From assembly GCA_027593235.1 (NCBI GenBank), contig JAQCIU010000040.1:1-27737 (forward strand): 27,737 bases of DNA. Reading direction: 5' to 3'. Shown here piece by piece: positions 7,429 through 16,036 of the stretch; position 1 is the stretch's first letter; every line of letters starts with the position of its first letter. Origin of the DNA: Chloroflexota bacterium (lineage in GTDB: Bacteria; Chloroflexota; Dehalococcoidia; UBA2979). Position numbers and translations under genes: made by a program. Below the pieces are notes generated by a model. That model had not been told where the DNA came from, searched no databases, and was given only the letters and a program-made list of their open reading frames with translations.

Positions 7429-8925
7429 CTACGCGCGACCGAGCTGCTCCGCCGCCGCTTCGATCCGCTCGACAGAAAGCCCCTTGCCCACGATCTCCAT
7501 GCTTTCGAACAGCGGCGGAGAGATCGGGGTGCCTGTGATCGCGACTCGAATCAGCGAGAACAGATCGCCGGCTCGCACATCCAGCTCTTCGGCCGCGGTC
7601 CGCAGCGCGCCCTCGATCGCCTCCGTTGTCCAGTCGTCGACTGGCTCAAGGAACTTCAAGACGGTCCCCAGGGCCGCTGCTGCGTCGCCCCCGCGGTCTT
7701 TCCACTTCTTCGTCAGGAACGCCTCGTTCGCGGGCGTCGGAATGTCGCTGCGGAAGAAGAACTCGACCAGCGGGACCAGCTCCGTCAGCAGCTTCAGGCG
7801 CTCGCGGACGTGCGGCGTGAACGCCTCGATCAGCGAGTGGTCCAACGGCCGTGCGATGTCCGGCGGCAGCGCCTGCTCCAGGCGTCGCCGGAATACCTCG
7901 ACGAGCTGGTCTTCCGCCATCTCGCGCAGGTAGATGCCGTTCATCCACTCCAGCTTCGTCTGATCGAAGCCAGAAGGATTCTTGCTCAGGTTGCCAAGCT
8001 CGAAGACCTCGATCAGCCGCTCACGGGAGAAGATCTCCGTGTGGTCATCCAGCGCCCAACCGGTGATCGCCAGGAAGTTGAGCAGCGCGTCCGGCAGGTA
8101 GCCCTCGGATGCGTACTCCAGCACGAACTTCGCGCCGTGGCGCTTCGACAGCTTGCCGCCGTCCGGGCCGAGGATCACCGGGTAATGGATCCAGATCGGC
8201 TCGTCGTACCCCAGCGCCCGGAAGAGCTGCACGTGGCGTGGCGTCGAGGGAATCCACTCCTCCGCGCGCGTGACGTGGGAGATCTCCATCGCCGTGTCGT
8301 CCACCACGTGCGCCAGGTGGTACGTGGGGAACCCGTCCGACTTCAGGATCACGAAGTCGTCCAGCTCCTTGTTCTCGAACGTGATCTCACCGCGCAAGAG
8401 ATCGGTGAACGAGGTCGATCCATCCAGTGGCATCTTGAAGCGAACGACGTGCGACTCACCGGCCGTCGCGCGCGCCTCTGCCTCCGCCACCGGGTAGTCG
8501 CGGTAGCGCCCGTCGTAACGCGGCGGCTCTTTGCGCGCTTGCTGACCCTCGCGCATTTCGCGCAGCTCGTCTGGCGTCGCGAAGCAGCGGTAGGCCTTGC
8601 CCTCCGCGACCAGCCGCTGCGCCGCTTCCTGGTAACGCTCCTTGCGCTGTGACTGGTAGTACGGGCCGTACGCACCGCCGACGATTGGCCCCTCGTCCCA
8701 GTCGATGCCCAGCCACTCCAGCGATCGCTCGATCCCCTCGGTCGTCCCCTCCGCGAAGCGGGCGCGATCGGTGTCCTCGATGCGGAGGATGAACGTGCCG
8801 CCGGTGTGGCGCGCGTACAGCCAGGTCCAGAGCGCCGTACGCACGGCGCCGACGTGCAGGTCTCCGGTGGGGCTCGGCGCGAAGCGCACGCGCACGCGGC
8901 GGTCGGTCTCGGAAGCGGTCGTCAT
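7429..8925 (-). CDS. gltX: Glutamate--tRNA ligase
   Basis: RFAPSPTGDLHVG (HIGH motif), LRIEDTD, KLSKR (KMSKS motif) and a C-terminal anticodon-binding domain with SPPLFE. Confidence 0.97.
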   Translation of the reverse strand: MTTASETDRRVRVRFAPSPTGDLHVGAVRTALWTWLYARHTGGTFILRIEDTDRARFAEGTTEGIERSLEWLGIDWDEGPIVGGAYGPYYQSQRKERYQEAAQRLVAEGKAYRCFATPDELREMREGQQARKEPPRYDGRYRDYPVAEAEARATAGESHVVRFKMPLDGSTSFTDLLRGEITFENKELDDFVILKSDGFPTYHLAHVVDDTAMEISHVTRAEEWIPSTPRHVQLFRALGYDEPIWIHYPVILGPDGGKLSKRHGAKFVLEYASEGYLPDALLNFLAITGWALDDHTEIFSRERLIEVFELGNLSKNPSGFDQTKLEWMNGIYLREMAEDQLVEVFRRRLEQALPPDIARPLDHSLIEAFTPHVRERLKLLTELVPLVEFFFRSDIPTPANEAFLTKKWKDRGGDAAAALGTVLKFLEPVDDWTTEAIEGALRTAAEELDVRAGDLFSLIRVAITGTPISPPLFESMEIVGKGLSVERIEAAAEQLGRA

Positions 8926-8936
8926 CGCGGCTGGTC

Positions 8937-9875
8937 CTACTCGTTTGCGGTGTTGCTGGCCTGCGGATCGTGGCGGCGGCGCAACGTCTCCAGAAGCTGC
9001 TCGAAGTCGGAAGGCAAGCTCGCCTCGAACTCACGCCACTCACCCGTCGAGGGCAGATTCACCCCCAGCAGCCTCGCGTGCAACGCCTGCCGACCGATGT
9101 CCTCGGACCTGCGCCCGTACATATCGTCGCCGAGCACTGCGTGGCCGATCGCCGCCATGTGCACGCGAATCTGGTGCGTGCGCCCGGTGAAGATGCGCAC
9201 CGAGACCAGCGCGGCCTCGTCCCCGAACTGCTCCAGCACCTCGAACTCCGTGCGCGCGGACTGACCGCGCTCCACCACGGCCCGCCGTCGCGGGTCGTTC
9301 GGGTCGGGCCCCAGTTCCGCATCGATGATGCCGTGGGCGGGATCAACGAAGCCCTCCACCACCGCGAGGTAGCGCTTCAGCGTCTCGCGATCGCGCCACT
9401 GCTGTTTCAGCGCGTACTGCGCCGCCTCGGACTTCGCGAACGCGATCACCCCCGAGGTATCTCGATCCAGTCGGTGCACCACCCCGCCGCGACCGGAGTC
9501 GTCGATCTCGCGCACCTCGGGATAGCGCGCGCGCACCGCGTTGATCAGCGTCACGCCGTTCATCCCCGGGCGCGGGTGCACGATGATCCCCGTCGGCTTG
9601 TTCAGGATCAGCGTCTCTTCGTCCTCGAAGATGACGTCCAGCGGCACGTCGGCGGCCTGCCAGTCCATGTTCGGGACCACCGGTTCGGTCACCAGCAGTT
9701 CAATGCCTGCGTGCACTATCTGCGCTGGGCGCGTCGAAACCTCGCCGGCGACCAGTACCCCGCCATCCTCGACCAGGCGGCGAACTTGCGAGCGCGAGAG
9801 TTCCGGCATCGCCTGGACAACGGCTCGATCAAGGCGCGCGGCGTGTTCGACGATGAAGCGGCGAGCGTCGCTCAC
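8937..9875 (-). CDS. RluA/RluD family pseudouridine synthase with N-terminal S4 domain
   Basis: Motifs RLD...SRSQV, NKPTG, HRLDRDTSG, TGRTHQIRVH and RQALHA. Confidence 0.95.
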   Translation of the reverse strand: MSDARRFIVEHAARLDRAVVQAMPELSRSQVRRLVEDGGVLVAGEVSTRPAQIVHAGIELLVTEPVVPNMDWQAADVPLDVIFEDEETLILNKPTGIIVHPRPGMNGVTLINAVRARYPEVREIDDSGRGGVVHRLDRDTSGVIAFAKSEAAQYALKQQWRDRETLKRYLAVVEGFVDPAHGIIDAELGPDPNDPRRRAVVERGQSARTEFEVLEQFGDEAALVSVRIFTGRTHQIRVHMAAIGHAVLGDDMYGRRSEDIGRQALHARLLGVNLPSTGEWREFEASLPSDFEQLLETLRRRHDPQASNTANE

Positions 9876-10462
9876 TCGGCCCCACCCTCGGACGGTGCGC
9901 TCGTCTGTGCCACGTCCGATTCGGCGCCCGCCGGTTGCGCGGGCGCGTCTTCGTCATCGGTGTCCTCGAACAACGTCAGCAGCAGCAGCGCGCTGACGCC
10001 GATCACGATCGCCGAGTCGGCGATATTGAACGAGGGATAGTGGGTCGGATCGATGAAGTCGGTCACTGACCCACGTGCGATCCGGTCCGTCAGGTTGCCG
10101 ATCGCCCCGCCCAGGATCATCGCCAGCATGTAGAGGTGCGAACGCGGGTAACTCTCCGCTCGCAACATCGTCAGCGCGATCAACGCGATCGCCGCGCTGG
10201 TGGTCACGATCAGCAGCGGACCCGCGCCCTGCAGCATCCCGAACGCCGCGCCGCTGTTCTCCACGTGCGAGATCTGCAGCAGCGTGAAGTCGCTCGGCCA
10301 ACGCTCGCCTTCGGCCAGCCAGCCACGGATTAGCGCCTTCGTCACCTGGTCGATCGCGAACACCACCGCCGCGACGAGCAGCAGCGGCGCGAGTCGATCG
10401 GTGAGGCCGCGCGAATGCTTGCTGATCGCCGGTTGGGTTCGTTCCTCGATCGCTTGATTCAT
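9872..10462 (-). CDS. lspA: Lipoprotein signal peptidase II
   Basis: Motifs DQVTK, NSGAAFG, GAIGNLTDR, VTDF and FNIAD; classic lspA-rluD arrangement. Start placed at ATG 10462. Confidence 0.95.
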   Translation of the reverse strand: MNQAIEERTQPAISKHSRGLTDRLAPLLLVAAVVFAIDQVTKALIRGWLAEGERWPSDFTLLQISHVENSGAAFGMLQGAGPLLIVTTSAAIALIALTMLRAESYPRSHLYMLAMILGGAIGNLTDRIARGSVTDFIDPTHYPSFNIADSAIVIGVSALLLLTLFEDTDDEDAPAQPAGAESDVAQTSAPSEGGAE

Positions 10463-10628
10463 AGCTATTGAGGGTAGCCCAAGCTGCGCCCGCGGTCCGC
10501 CCATCGATCCGATGGGTATCCCCGCTCACTGTGATCGCCTCGGAGCAGCCTCGCGTTCGAGCACGATCCGGCCGAAACGCCGGCACCTGATCGCTACCCT
10601 AATTCGTAAGCCCGCGGCCAATCCGAAT

Positions 10629-10637
10629 TGGTACGAT
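10629..10637 (+). promoter_or_regulatory. Putative extended -10 promoter (TGgTACGAT)
   Basis: TGn-TACGAT about 32 nt upstream of GTG 10670. Confidence 0.45.
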
Positions 10638-10669
10638 CACGGTCCGCACGTCAGTGGAAGGGACCCGCT

Positions 10670-11287
10670 GTGGCATTTGGCGTCTTCGGTCGTGGCTCAA
10701 ACGCGCCGGTCGGCGACCAGCTACCGGATGGACGGCCACGCCTCCCACCGGGACAGCGACTCGTCGAGAACTGGCCGGTCCTCCACTACGGAGGCATGCC
10801 CCGGGTCGACCTCGCCTCGTGGGAATTGCGCGTCTTTGGCCTCGTCGGCAACGAGCTACGCTACGACTGGGATCAGCTCATGGCCCTCCCACAGACCAGC
10901 CTCCGCACGGACATCCACTGCGTCACCACCTGGAGCCGCTACGACAACGACTGGGTCGGCCTCTCTTTCCAGCACCTCATGGAACTCGCCCAGCCGAGCC
11001 CGGAGGCGAAGCACGTCATCTTCCACTGCTACGGCGGCTACACCACCAACGTCCCGATCGAGGAACTGGATCGCGAGGACGTCCTCTTGGTCCACACCCA
11101 CGACGGCGAGCCGCTGACCGCAGAGCATGGCGCTCCGCTCCGCGGCATGGTCCCGCAGCTCTACTTCTGGAAGAGCGCCAAGTGGATCAGCGGCATCGAG
11201 TTCGTCGCCCAGGATCGTCCCGGCTTCTGGGAGATGTACGGCTACCACATGCATGGGGACCCCTGGCGTGAAGAGCGCTACGGATAG
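10670..11287 (+). CDS. Molybdopterin-dependent sulfite oxidase-like oxidoreductase (YuiH/MsrP-like, no signal peptide seen)
   Basis: Motifs RLPPGQ, DIHCVTTWS (Mo-ligating Cys), HGAPLR, YFWKSAKW and GFWE..GYH..GDPW.EERY. Start GTG 10670 after GGAAGGGA. Confidence 0.92.
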   Translation: MAFGVFGRGSNAPVGDQLPDGRPRLPPGQRLVENWPVLHYGGMPRVDLASWELRVFGLVGNELRYDWDQLMALPQTSLRTDIHCVTTWSRYDNDWVGLSFQHLMELAQPSPEAKHVIFHCYGGYTTNVPIEELDREDVLLVHTHDGEPLTAEHGAPLRGMVPQLYFWKSAKWISGIEFVAQDRPGFWEMYGYHMHGDPWREERYG

Positions 11288-11308
11288 CACCGCACGAGGA
11301 GGACCGGG

Positions 11309-11574
11309 ATGGCGGCGAGCGGACTGCGGATCACGCTTCGGTACTGCGTTCCCTGAAACTACATGCAGCGCGCGACCTGAACGGCCGCCGAGATCCTAAG
11401 CGAGTACCAGCACGACGTCGCTTCGTTGGAGCTGCAGATGGGCGACGGCGGCGACTTCGAGTTCTCCGTCGATGACCGGCTCATCTACTCCAAGCCCAGG
11501 CCAGCGCGTACCCGGACATCAAGATCCTCAATCAGGCGGTCGTTGACGCCATCGAGGCGCGCGCCTTCGCCTGA
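11309..11574 (+). pseudogene. SelW/SelT/Rdx-family selenoprotein (CxxU), with a second in-frame TGA and a frameshift; possibly a pseudogene or a sequence error
   Basis: RBS GAGGAGG then MAASGLRITLRYCVP-U(11354-56)-NYMQRAT-*(11378-80)-TAAEILSEYQHDVASLELQMGDGGDFEFSVDDRLIYSK. The -1 frame continues ASAYPDIKILNQAVVDAIEARAFA to stop 11572-74. Confidence 0.85.
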
Positions 11575-11596
11575 CCGCGAACCATTGCCGGCACAA

Positions 11597-11630
11597 CGCA
11601 ACAGCCCCGCCATTCGGCGGGGCTGTTGCG
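11597..11630. terminator. Hairpin/terminator between convergent genes
   Basis: Perfect 15-bp inverted repeat CGCAACAGCCCCGCC-attc-GGCGGGGCTGTTGCG, 22 nt after the SelW-like stop. Confidence 0.75.
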
Positions 11631-11667
11631 ATCTCAAGGATTGGCCGATCGCCCTCGTGGGCGCGTA

Positions 11668-13155
11668 CTAGACGTAGACGCGAGGCCCGAACGTGCGCGT
11701 GTCGCCGGAACGGATCGCCTCTTCGCGAACTGCCGCTGCCACTCGCGCCGCCACCTCCGGGTTGAACGGCGACGGGAGGATGTAGTCCTCGTTGAGCTGG
11801 TCGTCCGGAATCACATCCGCGATCGCGCGTGCGGCCACGATCTTCATCTCCTCGGTGATGTTGCGCGCGTGCGCGTCCAACGCACCGCGGAACAGTCCGG
11901 GGAAGCAAAGCACGTTGTTGATCTGGTTCGGGTAGTCCGATCGCCCGGTCGCCACCACGCGGACCGCGCCCGGCGGGATTCGCTCTGGCAGGATCTCCGG
12001 CTCCGGGTTTGCCAGCGAGAACAGGATCGCGTCATCCGCCATCTTCGTGACCCACTCCGGCTCGATCAGCCGCGGACCGGAGAGGCCAAGGAACATGTCC
12101 GCGCCGACGAGCGCCTCGGCGATCGAGCCATCGAAGCCCTCGGGATTCGTGTGCTCAGCGAACCACTCCTTCGCAACGTTCAGGTTCGCGCGGCCCTGGT
12201 AGACCGCGCCCGTGCGGTCGAAGCCGATCACGTTCTTCACGCCGAAGTTCATCATGATTTTGGAGCAGGCCACGCCCGATGCGCCCACGCCCAGCACCAC
12301 GACCTTCAAGTCTTCCGGACGCTTCTTCACGATCTTCAGGCTGTTCATCAGCGCCGCAAGCACCACGACCGCGGTGCCATGCTGGTCGTCGTGGAAGACC
12401 GGGATGTCCAGGTCCTGTAGTCGTTCTTCAATCTCGAAGCAGCGCGGCGCCGAGATGTCTTCCAGCAGGATCCCGCCGAAGCCGGGCGCGATCGCGCGGC
12501 AGATCATCACGATCTCATCCGGGTCCTTCGTGTCCAGGCAGAGCGGCCACGCGTCGATGTCGGCGAAGGACTTGAAGAGCATCGACTTGCCCTCCATCAC
12601 CGGCATCGCCGCCTCCGGCCCGATGTCGCCGAGTCCGAGGACCGCCGTTCCGTCGGTGACAATCGCGACCGCGTTCGGCTTGATCGTCAGCGCCCAGACC
12701 GCGTCCGGGTTGTCGTGGATCGCCATCGAGACTCGACCGACGCCCGGCGTGTACACGTGGGCGAGTTCGGCGTTGGTGCGGATGTGCACCTTATTCTCGA
12801 TCTGAATCTTTCCGCGGCGATGAAGCTGGAACGTTCGGTCGGAAGCCAGTTCGATCACCACGCCGTCCAGCGCGCCAACCGCCTCCGCTACCAGCCCCGC
12901 GTGCTCTTCGCTGTCGCAGAGCACCCGGAAGTCGCGAACCATCCGGTCGGCGTGCGCCTCGCGAATGTCGATGTCCATGATGTTCGCGCCAGCGTCACCC
13001 AGCGTCGTCGTAATGCGACCCAGCATCCCGGGTAGCTGCTCGCTCGAGAGCCGGAGCAGTAGCTGATAGCCGGCCGACGAATAGCCCTGGGAAGGGTTGA
13101 GAAACTCTTCAACGACGTGCCGCTGGTTGCGGTCCTGCATCTCCTGCAGCGTCAT
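11668..13155 (-). CDS. NAD(P)-dependent malic enzyme with N-terminal ACT domain
   Basis: Motifs YTPGV, DGTAVLGLGDIG, MEGK, LEDISAPRCF, FHDDQHGT, GVGASG, LANPEPE and ATGRSDYPNQINN. ACT-like PGMLGRITTTLGDAGANI at the N-terminus; GGAGGT RBS. Confidence 0.95.
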   Translation of the reverse strand: MTLQEMQDRNQRHVVEEFLNPSQGYSSAGYQLLLRLSSEQLPGMLGRITTTLGDAGANIMDIDIREAHADRMVRDFRVLCDSEEHAGLVAEAVGALDGVVIELASDRTFQLHRRGKIQIENKVHIRTNAELAHVYTPGVGRVSMAIHDNPDAVWALTIKPNAVAIVTDGTAVLGLGDIGPEAAMPVMEGKSMLFKSFADIDAWPLCLDTKDPDEIVMICRAIAPGFGGILLEDISAPRCFEIEERLQDLDIPVFHDDQHGTAVVVLAALMNSLKIVKKRPEDLKVVVLGVGASGVACSKIMMNFGVKNVIGFDRTGAVYQGRANLNVAKEWFAEHTNPEGFDGSIAEALVGADMFLGLSGPRLIEPEWVTKMADDAILFSLANPEPEILPERIPPGAVRVVATGRSDYPNQINNVLCFPGLFRGALDAHARNITEEMKIVAARAIADVIPDDQLNEDYILPSPFNPEVAARVAAAVREEAIRSGDTRTFGPRVYV

Positions 13156-13181
13156 AATCCACCTCCCCGGGGGACTTCAGA

Positions 13182-13196
13182 ATAGTCAACGACTAT
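13182..13196. promoter_or_regulatory. AT-rich palindrome, candidate operator of the malic enzyme gene
   Basis: ATAGTC-aac-GACTAT, overlapping a minus-strand TATAGT -10-like hexamer. Confidence 0.4.
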
Positions 13197-13352
13197 AGCC
13201 TTCAATGCCCGTTAGGGCAGGTCGGCGCCCGTTCACAACCCCGCCGCCTCCCCCGCGCGCCCAGTTTGCGGTTCCCCGACCTTCTCGTCAGGCGGCCGTA
13301 CGCGGCGCCGCAGGCCCCGCCGAGGCCAGCGTCGGGACCGCGAAATCGCTTG

Positions 13353-13361
13353 TGCTAGAAT
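13353..13361 (+). promoter_or_regulatory. Putative extended -10 promoter (TGcTAGAAT)
   Basis: Near-consensus TGn-TAGAAT in the divergent intergenic region upstream of CDS 13465. Confidence 0.5.
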
Positions 13362-13464
13362 GCGGCGCTTCCGTCCCTTCGAGGAGATATCCACAAATTT
13401 TGCGGACCCTCGATTTGATCGAAGCGACCTCAGGATCCCCCGTCCGTCCCCGTTGGAGGTCGAT

Positions 13465-15915
13465 ATGAGAGCCCGTATCACTCTCAAACCACGCCTTCCC
13501 GGCATGCCGAAGATCGCACCCGCGCTCCGTCGCGGCCGCGGCAGAGCGAGCGCGCTCATCGGCGAGGACACACCCCTTGTTGACCGCAGCCGTGAAGCCG
13601 CCGCCTCGATGGCTGGCATCACGGATCGCGCTGCAGGGCGCCGTCGTCGCCGCCGTCGCGGCGCCGTAGCGGTGCTGCTGCTCCTTATCGCCGCGGGCGT
13701 TGCCCTCTGGCTGATGTGGCAGCGCCGTGACGACGAATACGCGCGCCTTGTGGGTGAGCCCGATCGACCGGATCTCTCCCCAACCCCCGCTCCGGAGCCT
13801 CCGCGCGCCCCCTTCGCCGACGATGATCGACCCGGTCCCGGCATCCCGGTGCCCTCGCGACCCAGTGAGCACGGCCGTGTCCCGCTGACCGCCGGCGGCT
13901 TCCCCGCGAGCGCCGTTCCACCGTCGTTGGTGGACACCGTCCGCTCCGAGTTCGAGACCGCGCGAGCCGTCCCGGTGCCGCCGGCCGAGCCCGAGGCCCC
14001 ACTCGCCGACATCGAGGTGGTTGAACCCGCTCCGACTCCGGTGACCAACACGCCCCCGGTCGATGAGGCGCCGCCGTTCACGATGCCGCGCAGTGAACTG
14101 CCCGCCGCTCTCGCGGAGCCACGCACGCCCTCGGTGCTAGTCGAGTCGCCTGCCGTCACCCCGGTGCCGCAGTCCGCGGTCCGTAGTGCCTACCCCTTTG
14201 GCAACGCCGCGGCGCCGCCCGCCCCGGCTTCCACCGCCACCGACCCAGCGACCGCCGAGGACGAAGCGGCGCTCGAGGACATCGAGGCGCCAGTCGCCGC
14301 CGCCCCCGTCGACGACGCGGCCGCGGTTGTCGATTCAATCGAATCGACCGTCGACGTCGACGTCGAGCCGGTAGCCGACCTCGTCGCTGAGTCGCCCGCC
14401 TCGATCGAAGCGAGCACTGCCGCGGAGACGCCGGAGTTGAACGCCGACGCCTCCGAACTGCCAGACGCAACGGAGGCCATCACCGCCGAAGCGATCACCG
14501 CCGAGGTAGTGGTTGCCGCGGAGGTTGTTGCCGCGGTGGCGCCAGTGGCCGCCGACGCCGCAGAGGTAGACGCACCCGAGTCCCTGCTCGCTCCCGCTGT
14601 CGAGGACGTCGATACCCTCGACGACGCTGAGTCCGCGATGCCTGCGACGCTCCAGGAGTCGGTCGCGACGATCGAAACGATCGAGGAGACGTCGTCGGCA
14701 ACGACTTCCGACGAGGACGATGAGTCCTCGGTCGCTGCCGTGATCGACCCTGAGCTCGCAGAACTGACCGTCCCGTCCGAAGTCGAGTTAATCGAGGCGG
14801 CCGTCTCTCCCGTCGTCGAAACCCCCACCCTCGAGACTCCCGTTGCGGAGACCTCGGTCGTGGAAATCGCGGACGAAGTGATCGATGTCGTCGCCGAGAC
14901 TCCCGAGGTCGCCCAGGCGGTAGTCGCCGAGGAGGTGGTCGAGGCACTCGCCACTGACGCGGCCGAGGCCGAGGCCCCGATCGCGGAGGCAGTCACCGAG
15001 GACGTCGTGGCATCCACGCCCGCCGTCTCCGCGGCTCCTGAGGCGGCGGTCTTCGGCGAGGTCGTCGAAGCAGTCGAGGTGGTCGAAGCCGTCAGCGAGC
15101 CGGAGCCCGTGTCCGCGATCGTCGAGGAGTTCACCGCTGTCGACGACATCGCCGCTTCCTCGACAGAAGCACGGGAGGACCTCGAGGCGACGGATGTCGC
15201 AATCGAGTTCCCCACCCTTGAGGCGTCCGACGTGGCCGAAGCGACCATGCCGAACCTTGAAGAAGCAGTCGAGGAACTGATCGCGGCTGACTCGATGCCG
15301 GTTGACGAGCCGACCGTGATCCTCGAGGACGAGCCGATTCAGCGCTGGACTGTCCCAGCCTCGCGCGGCATCCCGCCGCCAATCGGGCGACCGACATCCA
15401 CCGACGAGACCGTCGCCGAGGAGATGGTCGAACTCGAAGCGGCACTCGACGCAGTGGAACTCGAAGCAGCGGCACTCGATGTCGTCGAAGTCGATCTCGT
15501 TGAGCTCGAGAGCGAAGTCGCTGAGGTCGAGGAAGCAACGATCGAGGCGCCGGCTGCCGAAGTCGATCAGGTCACGGAAGCCTTGCGCGCGGTCACCGCG
15601 TCCACCGAGGCTGCGGACGCCCGCACCAACGAGGTCGAGACGACCTCCGGGGTGGAGGTCGATGATGAGCCAGCGCCTGCCGAGACTCGAGCGATTCCAT
15701 CGTGGCCCGCCACGGCGAACGCTCCAGAGCGGAACGCGCTGACCGCCACCGAGGCGCCCACAGCGCCGCCGCACCCGTCCGAAGCGGATCGGGGAGCGCC
15801 GCGGCCGAACCAGCCCTCGCGCGGTGGCCCGCCCTCGAACCCATCCGGCGCGCCGTTCCGGCCCGCCGGCGACCAGCTTCCAGCCGGCCGAAGCTGGCCC
15901 ACCCTCCCGCGGTAA
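13465..15915 (+). CDS. Hypothetical single-pass membrane protein with a long acidic, low-complexity (E/A/V/P/T) region, ~816 aa
   Basis: GGAGGT RBS before ATG 13465; Arg7 followed by one hydrophobic helix; strong GNN codon periodicity over more than 2 kb. Confidence 0.75.
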   Translation: MRARITLKPRLPGMPKIAPALRRGRGRASALIGEDTPLVDRSREAAASMAGITDRAAGRRRRRRRGAVAVLLLLIAAGVALWLMWQRRDDEYARLVGEPDRPDLSPTPAPEPPRAPFADDDRPGPGIPVPSRPSEHGRVPLTAGGFPASAVPPSLVDTVRSEFETARAVPVPPAEPEAPLADIEVVEPAPTPVTNTPPVDEAPPFTMPRSELPAALAEPRTPSVLVESPAVTPVPQSAVRSAYPFGNAAAPPAPASTATDPATAEDEAALEDIEAPVAAAPVDDAAAVVDSIESTVDVDVEPVADLVAESPASIEASTAAETPELNADASELPDATEAITAEAITAEVVVAAEVVAAVAPVAADAAEVDAPESLLAPAVEDVDTLDDAESAMPATLQESVATIETIEETSSATTSDEDDESSVAAVIDPELAELTVPSEVELIEAAVSPVVETPTLETPVAETSVVEIADEVIDVVAETPEVAQAVVAEEVVEALATDAAEAEAPIAEAVTEDVVASTPAVSAAPEAAVFGEVVEAVEVVEAVSEPEPVSAIVEEFTAVDDIAASSTEAREDLEATDVAIEFPTLEASDVAEATMPNLEEAVEELIAADSMPVDEPTVILEDEPIQRWTVPASRGIPPPIGRPTSTDETVAEEMVELEAALDAVELEAAALDVVEVDLVELESEVAEVEEATIEAPAAEVDQVTEALRAVTASTEAADARTNEVETTSGVEVDDEPAPAETRAIPSWPATANAPERNALTATEAPTAPPHPSEADRGAPRPNQPSRGGPPSNPSGAPFRPAGDQLPAGRSWPTLPR

Positions 15916-15987
15916 CCGCCGCGGCGAGCACGAACCCGGTCGCGCCACCCAACGGTGGCGCGACCGATTTCTCCCAACTTCCGCCGC

Positions 15988-15996
15988 TGGTATCCT
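15988..15996 (+). promoter_or_regulatory. Putative extended -10 promoter (TGgTATCCT) for tRNA-Glu
   Basis: TGn-TATCCT 40 nt upstream of the tRNA. Confidence 0.45.
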
Positions 15997-16036
15997 CGGA
16001 CCCGCTCGCGCCCAGGTGCGCGAACGTTCCGCTTCG

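Noticed and set aside
10900-10940. Sec as the Mo ligand in the sulfite oxidase-like enzyme
   Set aside because: The codon in HCVTTW is TGC (Cys).
11426-11671. 81-aa ORF as a standalone gene
   Set aside because: It is the middle of the SelW-like gene running out of frame through the terminator hairpin.
14460-15500. Short repeats as a CRISPR array or non-coding tandem repeat
   Set aside because: The repeats are imperfect, in-frame and irregularly spaced within a coding region, and no cas genes are present.
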